IMG/VR virus record: IMGVR_UViG_3300022072_000005
DNA length: 56,629 nucleotides
Source of the DNA: an uncultured virus (IMG/VR IMGVR_UViG_3300022072_000005)
Lineage: Duplodnaviria > Heunggongvirae > Uroviricota > Caudoviricetes
Direction: 5' to 3' (one strand)
Shown: positions 47,629-56,560 of the stretch, piece by piece
How the letters are laid out: each line of letters opens with the position of its first letter
Position numbering within the stretch: the first letter of the stretch is position 1
The notes under the pieces: generated by a model
What the model was told of the DNA's origin: nothing
Databases searched by the model: none
The model's input: only the letters and a program-made list of their open reading frames with translations
Position numbers and translations under genes: made by a program

Positions 47629-49068
47629 TTAGGTTTCACCTTCAAACTCATTAATGATAGCATTTGGTAACCATTCCCTTAAATTATTAACCAACTCATC
47701 GCTAAGTTGGTTCTTACTATAAGAAAAATAATCTAAACTACCACCATTATCTTTGTCTAAAAATCTTATACTCTCTGGAATTCTTTCAATGAAATTACCA
47801 GATATGTTTATTATTCTTAAATTCTTTAATCTACCTATGCTACTAGGTAAACTTTTTAAATTATTACCTGGTAATGATAAACTACCCAATAATTTTAACT
47901 CACCAATACTTGGGTGTAAATTACCTATTTTACAATTATTAATAAATAATATTTCTAACTTATCAAACTTACCAATAGATGACGTATCACTTAATTCTTC
48001 ACCATTCAACATAATCTTATTGATGTTAGGGGGTAATACTTCAAATATAATATTAGCGAAACCAAATGATTTTAAGCCATCAACATATTTATTATTTTGG
48101 TAATTCTTATGATTTGCTCTAGCAAAACCAATTAATTCATCATAAAAATAATCACGTAGTCCAACATTATACCTTAACAATGCACTCATATTACTTATCA
48201 TTCTATCAGACCTATCCATAAATTGTTTGGTCTCAAAATGAAGCTGATATAACTCACTTGTTTTTTTATTATCATCATCCGTTAATAAAAAAGTCTTTGG
48301 TATTATAACATAAAGCTTTGATTTAGTACCTTTAGACGTTAAATTATTCACATAATGATTAAAGGTTGATTTATTAGTTGTTGTACACCATCTAGTAAAA
48401 CTAGCAAATAATCTACTAGATTTAATAGTTTTTGGTATAAAAATGATTACCTTCCTATCTTCATATTCAATTCTACCATCACCTAACTTAGATGCTACCC
48501 TAATATCTTTCTCTAACTTACTGGTACTCCTAATAACATAAGGGTCAATAGCATCAAATAATTGAGATAAATCTCGGTATTGATTGATATTTGAAGGGTC
48601 TTCAATATCCTTAAACGCTTTATTACCAGAACAAAGAGCCTTAAACTTTGGTTTATGTTTTTCAGAATGAAATATTTCTAAATATTCCGAAGCTAACCAT
48701 AAATCTTCATTGACAAACCTTATCGCACCAACCTGATTACCTTGCTTAATAAATCTAACAAAGGTAGTTAACATCCATTGCACATATTCTTTATGCTCAG
48801 TCGGGTCGGATTGAACCATATTTATGAATACATCTTCGAAAACACTTACTTTATCAACAATATACTCACCAGTGTTCTTATACTTACGCTGATTCCATGT
48901 ATGTAACGCAACTATGGGGTGAACATCACCTTCACCAACATTGTAAACCCCAACATAATTTCCATTAAGACAATCAATCGACATCTCATTTAAATCCTCT
49001 TTGTCAAATACTTGAAATTTCTTTGCAAGGAATTCAATTCGTTTTATGGGTGTTTTATCTTTGCTCAC
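47629..49068 (-). CDS. Protein with ...P.T......T.WCT domain and C-terminal leucine-rich repeats
   Basis: LHPSIGELKLLGSLSLPGNNLKSLPSSIGRLKNLRIINISGN; GTG 49068 chosen because the promoter overlaps 49084-49091. Confidence 0.8.
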   Translation of the reverse strand: MSKDKTPIKRIEFLAKKFQVFDKEDLNEMSIDCLNGNYVGVYNVGEGDVHPIVALHTWNQRKYKNTGEYIVDKVSVFEDVFINMVQSDPTEHKEYVQWMLTTFVRFIKQGNQVGAIRFVNEDLWLASEYLEIFHSEKHKPKFKALCSGNKAFKDIEDPSNINQYRDLSQLFDAIDPYVIRSTSKLEKDIRVASKLGDGRIEYEDRKVIIFIPKTIKSSRLFASFTRWCTTTNKSTFNHYVNNLTSKGTKSKLYVIIPKTFLLTDDDNKKTSELYQLHFETKQFMDRSDRMISNMSALLRYNVGLRDYFYDELIGFARANHKNYQNNKYVDGLKSFGFANIIFEVLPPNINKIMLNGEELSDTSSIGKFDKLEILFINNCKIGNLHPSIGELKLLGSLSLPGNNLKSLPSSIGRLKNLRIINISGNFIERIPESIRFLDKDNGGSLDYFSYSKNQLSDELVNNLREWLPNAIINEFEGET

Positions 49069-49116
49069 ATTACAGTTTGAATGCAAATATAATAATAAAA
49101 ATCAATTAAAACAATC

Positions 49117-49449
49117 TTATAAGAACATTTTTGTTATATCACTATCAATATAATATTGAATCATGTTTAATAGGTATCCTAATGTTGATTTATTTTCGTC
49201 ACTTCTTATAATAATAGACTCCAAAATAATATTTGGGTTTTCACCTTCACTAATTCTATTTTCAAATTCATTATATAAATCTAAATAACCTAAATCAATG
49301 AACTCACCTAATATTTCATTATAGGTTATCATTCTATCAATTTCAATGTTGCTGTAAAATTTATTAATGGAGCTACTTCTAAAAGCTTCGTGGATTCGAC
49401 CTGAGAATTTATCCCCAAGACTAGTAAGGTTGTAATTTTTTACTTTCAT
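49117..49449 (-). CDS. Hypothetical protein
   Basis: ATG 49449 after late motif at 49472. Confidence 0.65.
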   Translation of the reverse strand: MKVKNYNLTSLGDKFSGRIHEAFRSSSINKFYSNIEIDRMITYNEILGEFIDLGYLDLYNEFENRISEGENPNIILESIIIRSDENKSTLGYLLNMIQYYIDSDITKMFL

Positions 49450-49576
49450 AATATACCTTTTTAAACTTACTATAAATATCAAAAAGTTATACCAATAATC
49501 ACAAACAAAAACAAAAAAAAACCTATCAGTCTAATATTGAGATGATAAGTTCTTATAATTTAATATTAATGTTAAA

Positions 49577-49912
49577 TCATTTCCTTTTTCGCATCCCAGT
49601 CTCTTTATTAAAATCTCCCTGATACCATCCCTCTAAACTATCTTTAATAATCGATTTATCAACCCCAACAAATTTGTGGCAAAGATAATCACATAATGCT
49701 TTTGGTGTAATCGACTCACCATCAATTTTCTTTTTAATTAAAGCAATGTTATAAAACTCATTACCCATTTTCTCAACACCACCTGACGGCTCATAATCTG
49801 ATTCTAAAAAATCGTTTATTTTATTTCTTAGTCTAACATTGGCCACAGTTTCATTGACATAGTTTTTAATCAAACCTAATTGCTTTTCACTTATGATTAA
49901 TTTTTTACTCAT
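49577..49912 (-). CDS. Hypothetical late protein with KKLIISEKQL N-terminus
   Basis: 111-aa ORF, late motif at 49917. Confidence 0.7.
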   Translation of the reverse strand: MSKKLIISEKQLGLIKNYVNETVANVRLRNKINDFLESDYEPSGGVEKMGNEFYNIALIKKKIDGESITPKALCDYLCHKFVGVDKSIIKDSLEGWYQGDFNKETGMRKRK

Positions 49913-49935
49913 ACTAATAAATATACTTATAAAAT

Positions 49936-49962
49936 AAAAAAACCCTCAAAAAAGAGGGTTTT
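49936..49962 (-). terminator. Intrinsic terminator after thioredoxin
   Basis: AAAACCCTC-A6-GAGGGTTTT. Confidence 0.75.
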
Positions 49963-49985
49963 CAAAGATTTTAATATAACTTAAC

Positions 49986-50303
49986 TTATTTTAAATCAGT
50001 TATAATTTTTTGAATATCCACTTTTGATGTGATTCCAACGCTTTTATCGGCAACCTCACCATTTTTAAAGTAAATGACAGTAGGTATACTTCTAACACCA
50101 TATTCTTTAGCTAAATCTGTCGAATCATCCACATTTATTTTAACAACCGCTACTGAATCATCTACATTTTCATCGTTTACCATTTCAATAATTGGCCCTA
50201 GTGTCCTACATGGTCCACACCAAGGTGCCCAAAAATCTACTACCAATACTTCTTTTTCTAATAGAAGTGTTTTAAATTCTTTACTTTTAATTTCTAATCC
50301 CAT
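49986..50303 (-). CDS. trxA: Thioredoxin
   Basis: DFWAPWCGPC, SIPT..FKNG. Confidence 0.96.
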   Translation of the reverse strand: MGLEIKSKEFKTLLLEKEVLVVDFWAPWCGPCRTLGPIIEMVNDENVDDSVAVVKINVDDSTDLAKEYGVRSIPTVIYFKNGEVADKSVGITSKVDIQKIITDLK

Positions 50304-50309
50304 AATTTT

Positions 50310-50645
50310 TTATTTTTTATAAACTAAACCTTTATTGTCTTCTATAACTAGGTTTAGATACTTATTATAATCATTATCAACAAAATAGTTAATAATGCAC
50401 TCAATAGCTTTCCCTGAATTGAATCCATACATCAATCCCAAAGCTTTATTTAAATTCCAAATTAACATTTCTATTTTTTCTGGATAATTACTATTACTAC
50501 TAATATATATATCAACATAATTAAACCAAGTGAAATATACGTTTAATCCTTCCATCTCGTTTTTCTTATGACTCAAATTATAAAATTTTATAATCTCTTC
50601 AGTAATAAATAAATTTATAAAATAATTTAACGGTACTCCATTCAT
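50310..50645 (-). CDS. Hypothetical protein
   Basis: 111-aa ORF, TATATTTG just upstream. Confidence 0.6.
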   Translation of the reverse strand: MNGVPLNYFINLFITEEIIKFYNLSHKKNEMEGLNVYFTWFNYVDIYISSNSNYPEKIEMLIWNLNKALGLMYGFNSGKAIECIINYFVDNDYNKYLNLVIEDNKGLVYKK

Positions 50646-50696
50646 TTAACAAATATAGTGAATTTTTATTTAAAAACTAAATATTTATTAATAACT

Positions 50697-50975
50697 ATGA
50701 ATGAAAAAGTTAAAATCATGATTTCAGATTTTATTAAATCTGAATTTCCAATCAAAAGAGTTAAAAACGAAAAAAATAAATGGTCTCGTGCCATTATAAT
50801 ACCTCAAGGTTATGTTAGTAAAGATAAAAAAATCTATAAATTAAATAAAACTACCAATATAAACCACGAATTAATCGCTTCCGACATAATTAAAACTGTT
50901 ATCAACTTCTTTAGTTACAACCAACGTGATTGTAAAGAATTGGTTATTAAATATGTTAATTCTATTTTAATTTAA
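50697..50975 (+). CDS. Hypothetical protein
   Basis: ATG 50697 after late motif at 50681. Confidence 0.65.
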   Translation: MNEKVKIMISDFIKSEFPIKRVKNEKNKWSRAIIIPQGYVSKDKKIYKLNKTTNINHELIASDIIKTVINFFSYNQRDCKELVIKYVNSILI

Positions 50976-51234
50976 CGTTATTACACTTTTTACAAAAATC
51001 ATCACACTTTTCACCACGCTTAATTAAAAATTCTGGTAATGTTAATGATAAGTTTTTAGCTTTAACATTTAAATTTTGTAATAAATAATACTTAAATATT
51101 AAATATGCCGATAGTAAAATGTTAATTAAAATAGTATATAAATTAATAACCTGAAAATATATGGAATATAGTTGAGCTGATATTAATATCAATAAAAATG
51201 TTTTATAAAAAAATGTAGCATAATCAAACTTCAT
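50962..51234 (-). CDS. Small membrane protein
   Basis: Two hydrophobic segments and a Cys-rich tail; start uncertain. Confidence 0.5.
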   Translation of the reverse strand: MKFDYATFFYKTFLLILISAQLYSIYFQVINLYTILINILLSAYLIFKYYLLQNLNVKAKNLSLTLPEFLIKRGEKCDDFCKKCNNVKLK

Positions 51235-51320
51235 AACCAATATATTTTCATAGCTTTTGCTACACAATAAATAGTTTGACTTTTTTATAAAAAACCATAT
51301 ATTTAAACAAATATATTAAT

Positions 51321-51797
51321 ATGGCACATTATAAATTCAATAAGGACCTTATCGAAGGTGAAGACGGTGAAAAGAGAGTGATAGAACACCTAAAAAAACT
51401 TGGTGGGACTTTCTTACAAGATAATAAAGATAATCGCTACGATGTCATTATTGAAAGAAACGGTAAAAAAATAAAATATGAAATTAAGACAGACGTCTTC
51501 TGTAAACCAACATTTGATACTGGGAATATATTTGTCGAAGTAGAATGTCGTGGAAAGAAATCAGGTATAATGGTAACAGAAGCCAAATGGTTCGTTACTT
51601 ATTATAAACATCTCAATGAAATTTGGTATATTAAAACTGAAGACCTATTGAAAATAATAGAAGAAAATAAACAAATTTTAATGTTTAAAACATTCTCTGG
51701 TGATTATAACTCAAATACAAAAGGTTGGTTGGTACCAAGATGGAAGTTTACTCAAAACTTCATGGTATATAACTCAAATACCTTTGAAAAAATATAA
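51321..51797 (+). CDS. PD-(D/E)XK nuclease-like protein
   Basis: GE..V, RYDVII, YEIKTD, TGNIFVE...SGI..T.A. Confidence 0.65.
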   Translation: MAHYKFNKDLIEGEDGEKRVIEHLKKLGGTFLQDNKDNRYDVIIERNGKKIKYEIKTDVFCKPTFDTGNIFVEVECRGKKSGIMVTEAKWFVTYYKHLNEIWYIKTEDLLKIIEENKQILMFKTFSGDYNSNTKGWLVPRWKFTQNFMVYNSNTFEKI

Positions 51798-51857
51798 TTA
51801 TTTTGAATTGTTATGGTGGAGATTTGGTATAAAAGTAAGGGTATGAAACCACTAAAC

Positions 51858-52346
51858 CTAAATCTCAATAGTTTCAATATCACCAAATGTTTTATTTAAA
51901 TTAACTTCATTATCCTCTAGGTCATTGTATAGTGATTGTAATTTATAAGATAAATCATCTAAAACACTCTTCTTAGTGTCTATAACAGTATACTTTTCAT
52001 ATACTTTACTCTGTATTGGTTGGTATTTATCATATACATCATATTCAGCGTCAGTATCAATAGCACTACCAATCTTATCTTCAATCTTACTTTCTAAAGT
52101 TCTATATAATTTATATACCTTATCATAAGATTCATCCATTATTTTACCAATATTATAAATCTCACGATTAACCCTTTCAGTTAAAATGTCCGAAACATTA
52201 TAAGACATTAATCTACCATAATAAGAATTTAATTTATTATTAGCGTCAGCGCAATCCTTTTCATAAATTTTAAATAATGGACTATTTTCAAAATTTTCAT
52301 TTATTGGTAACCTTTTTATTTGAGATTCTGTTAATCTTACCTTCAT
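51858..52346 (-). CDS. Hypothetical late protein with MKVRLTESQ N-terminus
   Basis: 162-aa helical ORF, late motif at 52368. Confidence 0.7.
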   Translation of the reverse strand: MKVRLTESQIKRLPINENFENSPLFKIYEKDCADANNKLNSYYGRLMSYNVSDILTERVNREIYNIGKIMDESYDKVYKLYRTLESKIEDKIGSAIDTDAEYDVYDKYQPIQSKVYEKYTVIDTKKSVLDDLSYKLQSLYNDLEDNEVNLNKTFGDIETIEI

Positions 52347-52383
52347 TTCTTTACTATTTACTTTAATATAAATATATTGTAAT

Positions 52384-52959
52384 ATGACAAAACCTAAATT
52401 AACAGTGGAATTAGTCCCTTCAACTTCTTTCTATACAAATGTACGCTCAATATTACCAAAATCAGAATGGGATAGACTTAGAAAAGCTTCATATAAAAAA
52501 GCTAACTTTAAATGCGAAATATGTAAAGGTTCTGGCCTAGACCAAGGCTATAGACATGCCCTAGAATGTCATGAAATCTGGGACTATAAGAAAGATGGTA
52601 CACAACTATTAAAAGGGCTTATATCGCTTTGCCCAAAATGTCACCAGGTAAAACATATAGGTAGAACTATTGCAATAGGTAAAAAGAAACAAGCATATGA
52701 CCATATCGCAAAAGTTAATAAATGGGATAAGAAAACTGTAGAACTATATATAGGTTCTTGTTTTCAAGAACATAAAGAACGTTCTAAGGTTAAATGGAAT
52801 CTAAACCTTAGAATACTTACTGAAAAATTTGCAGTTAAAAAAATTCTTATCGATGAAGGTCTTAGAAGTAAAACACTTGGTCAACCAACGTGGAAACGTA
52901 AAAAGAAAAAAAAAGCCGTTAAGAAAAAAATTGTAGCTAAAAGACCTAAAAAGAAATAG
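52384..52959 (+). CDS. Zn-binding HNH-family nuclease with basic tail
   Basis: CEIC...LECHEIW...LCPKCHQVKH; poly-Lys C-terminus. Confidence 0.8.
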   Translation: MTKPKLTVELVPSTSFYTNVRSILPKSEWDRLRKASYKKANFKCEICKGSGLDQGYRHALECHEIWDYKKDGTQLLKGLISLCPKCHQVKHIGRTIAIGKKKQAYDHIAKVNKWDKKTVELYIGSCFQEHKERSKVKWNLNLRILTEKFAVKKILIDEGLRSKTLGQPTWKRKKKKKAVKKKIVAKRPKKK

Positions 52960-53488
52960 TGGAAAAATTAGGTAATAATAAATCCTTATCCGATATGATT
53001 TCAGCACCAAAAACGTCCCAATCAATATTTAATACTGGTGAATCAAATCTTATACCCATCTCTGATGGGGAATGATAAAAATTATCACATTTATATGAAA
53101 ATATAGTGTCATCCTCTAATGATAAAAACCCATGTGCAAAACCCCTAGGTATCATAACTTGACGTTTATTTTTACCACTTAATAAAACCTTAATATGCTC
53201 CCCGAATGTAGGTGAGTTAACCTGAATGTCAACAATTACATCCAATACTGAACCACTAATAACTCTAACTAACTTAGCTTGGGCATGCTCACCATATTGG
53301 TAATGTAAACCCCTTATAACATTCTTATGTGATATAGATTCATTGTCTTGTACAAAATTATACAAACCAACTAATTTATTGAACTCTTTTATATTATAAC
53401 TTTCGAAAAAATTACCACGAGAATCATCCCAAACGGATATATCGTCAATTATATAAACACCTTCTAATTTAGTTCTATTTAATTCCAT
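52946..53488 (-). CDS. rfbC: dTDP-4-dehydrorhamnose 3,5-epimerase
   Basis: DSRG.F.E, FVQDNES.S..NVIRGLHYQ, QAKLVR, IPRGFAHGF, YKCD. Confidence 0.95.
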   Translation of the reverse strand: MELNRTKLEGVYIIDDISVWDDSRGNFFESYNIKEFNKLVGLYNFVQDNESISHKNVIRGLHYQYGEHAQAKLVRVISGSVLDVIVDIQVNSPTFGEHIKVLLSGKNKRQVMIPRGFAHGFLSLEDDTIFSYKCDNFYHSPSEMGIRFDSPVLNIDWDVFGAEIISDKDLLLPNFSTISF

Positions 53489-53502
53489 TGTTATTTATTA
53501 AA

Positions 53503-53673
53503 TTATTGTTCATACCAGTCATCACTCCAACCCTTATCTTTAAGATTAGTGTATTTATTAAATAATGTTTGTATTCGTTTAGAACCAGCATCTAAACCTA
53601 TTGTACGTTGTTGAACATCTAATAAAATATCAAATAAATGCTCGTCAAGGGATATTATTACTTTTTTAACCAT
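53503..53673 (-). CDS. Small hypothetical protein (56 aa), absent from the ORF track
   Basis: MVKKVIISLDEH...DDWYEQ. Confidence 0.55.
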   Translation of the reverse strand: MVKKVIISLDEHLFDILLDVQQRTIGLDAGSKRIQTLFNKYTNLKDKGWSDDWYEQ

Positions 53674-53863
53674 TTAATTATGTTTTTTTTTAATTCACTA
53701 AATACCCAAATTGGCCATATTAAACCTAATAAAAAAGAATCAAATAAAGAACCCTTAAATAAAACTTTAAGACCTATAGTATAATATATGACGTGTGTTA
53801 AATATATAAATAAAATCATTTAACAAATATAAAATTTTTATTTATAATAACAAAATTTGTAAC

Positions 53864-54142
53864 CTAAAATTTTGTGAAATCTAAAATAATATTATATTCA
53901 TCAGCTAATATATTAAGTGAAAGATAAGTTGTAGAATCATCCTTTTTTAAATTAATAACACCACCCCATTTATACAATGGAAACGAAATGCCACGAATTT
54001 TACAAATACTTTTAATAACTTTAAAAAGTGTTTCGGACATTTCATCGTAATCACCCCCCTCATACTTTAAATAATATAATTCTCGCTCAGTACGGGTTGT
54101 TAATCGCTTAAGAATGGCCTTTGCTATTGTTGTATTGCACAT
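53864..54142 (-). CDS. Hypothetical protein
   Basis: 92-aa ORF, late motif at 54148. Confidence 0.6.
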   Translation of the reverse strand: MCNTTIAKAILKRLTTRTERELYYLKYEGGDYDEMSETLFKVIKSICKIRGISFPLYKWGGVINLKKDDSTTYLSLNILADEYNIILDFTKF

Positions 54143-54240
54143 ATGTAATAAATATAAACAAAATAATAAAAAAACTTTTTTTTACTTAAAAAAAACCTTA
54201 TTAACTCGCTTTAGCGTTGACAACTACGGGAAACCCGTAA

Positions 54241-54603
54241 TCATTTTTTACCTTTTAAATACACTTCTTTTGAGTCTTGAATTGGTACTGGGTAATTTGA
54301 TACACCCATGTTTATACGCTTTAGGGCATTATTATACGAAATTGCTGAATCCCAAGCTTGTTCTAAATCATCTTTAGAATATAACTCATTAATAGTATTA
54401 CAAATCTTATTAATGTCTTTTGAATTAAATTCAGAACATATTTCACTAATCAAATCTATTTTCCATGATTTAGTCTGTGATGTGATAACTGATTGAAAAT
54501 CATAGGTGCTAACACCTTCTATTTTAACGTAATCACCACCTTTGGTTTTATTATACTCAATGTAATCACCATGTAACTCTACAATACCTTTTACTTGTCT
54601 CAT
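54241..54603 (-). CDS. Hypothetical protein
   Basis: 120-aa ORF, ATGA-coupled; followed by hairpin TACGGG/CCCGTA. Confidence 0.65.
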   Translation of the reverse strand: MRQVKGIVELHGDYIEYNKTKGGDYVKIEGVSTYDFQSVITSQTKSWKIDLISEICSEFNSKDINKICNTINELYSKDDLEQAWDSAISYNNALKRINMGVSNYPVPIQDSKEVYLKGKK

Positions 54604-54959
54604 TTATAACTATCTAATACACTCTTAATTATTTGGTCTAACTTTGCCTTAATTCCAAGTTCTAATACGGATATTGCATTGTGTGACCTTAAATCATGTA
54701 AGGATATCATCTTGTTATCCCCACGCTTAGGTTTACTAACAATTATTTTAACTGGCCCATCATTAAGATTTGAATCTTTTGGGTCAATATTATATAACTG
54801 ATTATATAAATCCTTTATATAAATAGTCCTACCACTACCTCTTTTACCTTTTAATTTTAATTCTATTTCTTGACCCTCAGTTAAGATAATATGTATCTCT
54901 TTATCACCAATGGTTTCCGTAGACTCCCTGAGTATGTTTTTTAATAATTTAGTCGCCAT
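54600..54959 (-). CDS. Hypothetical protein
   Basis: 119-aa ORF in a coupled run. Confidence 0.7.
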   Translation of the reverse strand: MATKLLKNILRESTETIGDKEIHIILTEGQEIELKLKGKRGSGRTIYIKDLYNQLYNIDPKDSNLNDGPVKIIVSKPKRGDNKMISLHDLRSHNAISVLELGIKAKLDQIIKSVLDSYK

Positions 54960-55222
54960 TATTTATAAAAATAATTAATCTCCATTCGTAATAATTGCTC
55001 TTGCATATCATTTATCTCAACAATAGTTAATAAACTACTTATACCACTTGGATTAAATTCCTCTCGGAATAAAGCCTCAAAACTCTTACGCCTTATAGGT
55101 ATATTTAATTCAAGCTCCCGTAACATCAATTTATCCATCCGCTCCTTATGATTGGGTGATAATAATTTATATATTCGCTCATTCTTAGTATCCCAATTAT
55201 TTAAAATCGTAACCTTTGCCAT
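54959..55222 (-). CDS. Hypothetical protein
   Basis: 87-aa ORF in a coupled run. Confidence 0.6.
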   Translation of the reverse strand: MAKVTILNNWDTKNERIYKLLSPNHKERMDKLMLRELELNIPIRRKSFEALFREEFNPSGISSLLTIVEINDMQEQLLRMEINYFYK

Positions 55223-55228
55223 ATCTCT

Positions 55229-55447
55229 TTATTTTTTTAAAAAATTTTTTTTTATCTGTAATACCCTAGATTCCATCAATGAATCTATATTAGATACAAT
55301 TTTCATAATCTCAATATTTGAACATAATGTGACATCTGTGTCAATTAAATATGCTGGTGTTTCATTACTTAATAATGTAACCTTCTTATCTAATAATGCC
55401 TTTAAATAAGAATCCTCTAATATAGCTTCATTTAAATCACAATTCAT
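55229..55447 (-). CDS. Hypothetical protein
   Basis: 72-aa ORF in a coupled run. Confidence 0.55.
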   Translation of the reverse strand: MNCDLNEAILEDSYLKALLDKKVTLLSNETPAYLIDTDVTLCSNIEIMKIVSNIDSLMESRVLQIKKNFLKK

Positions 55448-55751
55448 TATCCTCTAATTTTTCAATAATATTTTTTAATCGAATCATATAATCATAATTT
55501 GAATTCTCATTATGAACATGCTTCATCCGATTATATACCCATTTCAAATGTGTGATATCATCCCAATTATATTTTAACTTCTTTATAGGCTTTTTAAACG
55601 TTATTGCACCATCATAAATAAATGATACTATAATAATTAAACCTAAACATATATAATACTTACTCATAATATGAATTGGTATTAATATTAATATTAAACC
55701 CAATAATAACCCAATGGTTATACCAAAAAATACCTTTTGTGTCTTATTCAT
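55437..55751 (-). CDS. Two-TM membrane protein
   Basis: Two hydrophobic helices, then HLKWVYNRM..VH.E....DYM. Confidence 0.65.
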   Translation of the reverse strand: MNKTQKVFFGITIGLLLGLILILIPIHIMSKYYICLGLIIIVSFIYDGAITFKKPIKKLKYNWDDITHLKWVYNRMKHVHNENSNYDYMIRLKNIIEKLEDNEL

Positions 55752-55988
55752 AATTTTCTATTTCTTGTTTAACTTCTTGCCATTCTTTAATCCAATTATC
55801 CATATTAAATCTATGTTTAATTTCTTTTTTAGTCCTTTCGTTTAATGCAATTATCTCATCTACACACTTCTGTGATGCCGTTTTTGCAGCTTTTGTGTAG
55901 CTATTTAGTGGATTAACATCTGATAGTAGTTTAAGGTAGAAATCTACTAACCATCTTCTAAATACTTTACCTTTTCTTTTGGTGTCAT
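55744..55988 (-). pseudogene. MTPKEK...WQEVKQEIE-type small protein disrupted by an 11-nt insertion
   Basis: Removing AAGATGGTTAG restores a 77-aa ORF MTPKEKVKYLVDFY...CVDEII...WQEVKQEIENYE. Confidence 0.65.
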
Positions 55989-56007
55989 AATTGATTTATT
56001 CTTTATC

Positions 56008-56076
56008 TTATTCATCCTTACCGCCTAAATACCATCCAGCTAAAAAGGTTATTACTAATAATATAATTGTTATCAT
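56008..56076 (-). CDS. 22-aa hydrophobic peptide
   Basis: MITIILLVITFLAGWYLGGKDE, directly after a TTTG-N20-TATATTTG promoter (56094-56125). Confidence 0.45.
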   Translation of the reverse strand: MITIILLVITFLAGWYLGGKDE

Positions 56077-56128
56077 AATTTATTTATTTTATGCAAATAT
56101 AAAGATAATAATTATTAAAAACAAATAT

Positions 56129-56404
56129 TTAATCACTTATTTTTACACTATAAATCTTTCGTAACTCACGTAAACCTATTTTAAGCCTACTCTTTACCGT
56201 ACCCCAAGGAATACTCAAATGCTCAGAAATTAACTCGTGGGTAAAACCTTCAATATAGGATAAATCAATAACAACTCGATTCTTATATGGTAGCTTATTT
56301 AAATTATCAATCAAATCTATACTAAAACTATCATTTGTCTTGAATAAGTCTATAATACATAACTCAATTTGTGAACGCTCTTTTAAATCTAATGCTGTTA
56401 TCAT
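56129..56404 (-). CDS. Stand-alone ECF-type sigma region 4 (HTH)
   Basis: LP...RVVIDLSYIEGFTHELISEHLSIPWGTVKSRLKIGLRELRK; own TTTG-N20-TAAGTTTG promoter (56429-56460). Confidence 0.8.
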   Translation of the reverse strand: MITALDLKERSQIELCIIDLFKTNDSFSIDLIDNLNKLPYKNRVVIDLSYIEGFTHELISEHLSIPWGTVKSRLKIGLRELRKIYSVKISD

Positions 56405-56560
56405 AATATCAATATAGTAATGTTTTTACAAACTTAATAACTTTATTTAACATAGACAAATAATTACCCCTAAAAATTTTTAGAAAATTTTTTTAGCATA
56501 TAACAATACCACTTTAAAGAAAGTGAAAAAATCCCTGGAAAAATTTTATCTACATGTCCG

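Noticed and set aside
5446..55409. Antisense or nested ORFs in the track (e.g. 5776-6315, 10694-11161, 25484-25804, 35432-35863, 47753-48103)
   Set aside because: Shadows of well-supported genes on the opposite strand, with no motifs or promoters
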